Under the pieces are notes generated by a model. It made no database searches, was not told where the DNA came from, and saw nothing but the letters and a program-made list of their open reading frames with translations. A stretch of 64,000 nt of DNA from Chiloscyllium plagiosum (taxonomy: Eukaryota): assembly GCF_004010195.1 (NCBI RefSeq), contig NC_057718.1, positions 78,418,935 through 78,482,934 of the forward strand. The letters run 5' to 3'. Below are positions 61,952 to 64,000 of this stretch, one piece after another (within the stretch, counting starts at the first letter, position 1; each line of letters opens with the position of its first letter). The position numbers were made by a program, and so were the translations under genes.

Positions 61952-64000
61952 AAAATGGGGAGAGAGGTCAACCCAGCACTTATATATATTTGTATACTCC
62001 AAGAAACTTTGAGACAATATCAAACCCTTAGAAAAATTATGGATTATTAAATGATCATCAGCTTATAAGACCAGACAACCCAGGAACAGAAGTAGGCCAT
62101 TCAACCCATCTGGTTTACTTTGCCATTCAGTGAAGTCATGTCTGATCTGATAATCCTCAGCTCCACTTTCCTGCTTTTTCCCTATAACCCTTGATTCCTT
62201 TTCTGATTAAAATTCTGTCTGTTTCAGCCTCAGACATGCTTCATGGCAGAACCTTGACAGCCTCTGTTAAAAAGAATTCCATAGTTTCACAATCCTCTGC
62301 GAGAAGGAATTCCTGGCCCTCCGTGTCTCAAATCTATAACCACATTTTCTGACATTATGTCCTTGGACCTAGGTTCTTCCACAAATGGAAGCAACCTTTC
62401 CACATCTACCTTGTCAAATTCTCTGAGAATCTTGTGCATTCCAATGAGGGTACCTGTCAATGGTCTAACTAAGGCTCAAGCTATTCAACCTCTTCTCATA
62501 GGACAGTTGTTTTTTTGTGATGCACAGATTAGGACTTACAAATCCTTCTATTGTGTAGCTTTCTGAAATCTTTCTCCATTTAAATAATATTCAGCTCCTC
62601 TATTCTTCCTGCCAAAATGCATAATCTCACATTTCCTCCCATTATATTCCATCTGCCAAGTTTTCACCCATTCACTTGTCTCCAGCTCTCTGTAGAAACT
62701 GTGTCATCTTTACCACTTCCTTTCCCAATTGCTTTGGTCTCAATGGCAAACTTTACTATAGTATCTTCACTTTGCACGTACAACTCCTTAACAAATTGTG
62801 GGCCAGCACTAATCCCTGTGGCATACCACTAGTTATAAGTTGTCAGCCTGACTATGTTCCTCCCCTTATCCTAAATCTCTGATTTGTTAAAGGCAAATGT
62901 TATTTGATGAACTTGATTTGTTTTTTGCTGATCTATTGGTGGGATAGGATGGGGGCAACATGGTTGATGCATCCTGTTCCTTAGGTCAAAATCCTGGAAC
63001 TCCCTCCCTAACATCATTGAGAGTGTATCTATACCACATGGATTGTAGGAATTCAAGGAGGTGACACATCACAAGCTGCTCAAGGGCAAGAGTTTGGTCT
63101 TAAATTGTAATCCTTCCTTGCCTTGAGCTCTTGATATTTAGTTTGTTTGGTAAGGTATGATGATGAGTATTAATGAGTCAAGTTACACCATCAACAAGAT
63201 GATTAACAGCAATAACCCTCTTAATTGGCAAATTGCTGCTACCTAGTGAGAAACGTGCCACGTTTCTTGTGAAAAACGTAGGTGTCGGAGTCTGTTGCTC
63301 CTGATATAGAGATAGACCTCACCACTCTTCTTGTCTGATTTGGCCACATATCTTGCCACAGCCTACGCCACTTAGACTCCTATATGATTCTGGCCTAAGT
63401 TTCCGGGCCATGATTCTTAGCTTCATTATAAGTACGAAATCAAGGAAGTTATTCTAAACCTGTAAAGAATGCTGGTTAAGCCTCAGCTAAGACATTAGAG
63501 CAAATTTTAAACCCCTAAAACTGATGGTTTGATTGGTCAATTTGCAGGACTTAGGATATGGGATAAATTGGCAACTTGTTCCCAGGAGGCAGCTTGACCA
63601 TTTAAATATTATAACAAGGCTGGGACACCTCCCATTCCACTTCTTTTATCAGTCTATTATTGGCAGGTCAAGCCTTAGGGAACAAGCAACTAAAGTATAG
63701 GTAAGCATAACCGGTGGGAAGCAGTGAGAGTCCTTATAGCATTGCAGTGTAGTTGCACTCTAGCAATCACATCCACCAGAAACTGCTTCCATGGAATTGA
63801 ACTCTATTCCTCACTGATAGGTAATAGAATAACAGACCCTGTATCCCGCCCTGTCCAGCCCGACATTACATCCTCACAATACTTAGACTAGCAGCTGCAG
63901 GCACCTTACCTGGAACTGCGGTCTTCTCCAAACTGTTATCTATTCAACTAGAAGCAAATCCTGTAAACCAGGTTGACTTCTGGACTGGAATCACATCAGA

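Overview
Eukaryotic, AT-rich, repeat-dense vertebrate DNA. HE1-type V-SINEs, DeuSINE relics and abundant CR1 point to a cartilaginous fish, probably a shark (inference). The window holds the last six coding exons of IGF2R/CI-MPR (+; end of repeat 14, repeat 15, TM helix and cytoplasmic tail; stop at 27156; probable polyA signal at 28056). About 19 kb downstream is coding exon 1 of an SLC22A1/2-like organic cation transporter (+, 46357-46767), matching the mammalian IGF2R-SLC22A synteny. The rest is intronic or intergenic transposon debris: a near full-length decayed L1-clade LINE, many CR1 fragments, SINEs, Tigger-like MITEs, a Harbinger relic and Penelope-like (PLE) GIY-YIG relics. There is one 813-N assembly gap. 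The most notable signal is two families of short non-coding, often palindromic elements. They carry minimal hammerhead-ribozyme cores (CTGATGA-stemII-GAAA-palindrome-UH) and are flanked by variable 7-17 bp target-site duplications, so they look like ribozyme-bearing non-autonomous PLE derivatives. Also notable is a duplicated acidic-dileucine sorting motif in the IGF2R tail. Repeat boundaries were read by eye and are approximate. All family assignments come from recalled motifs, not database searches.
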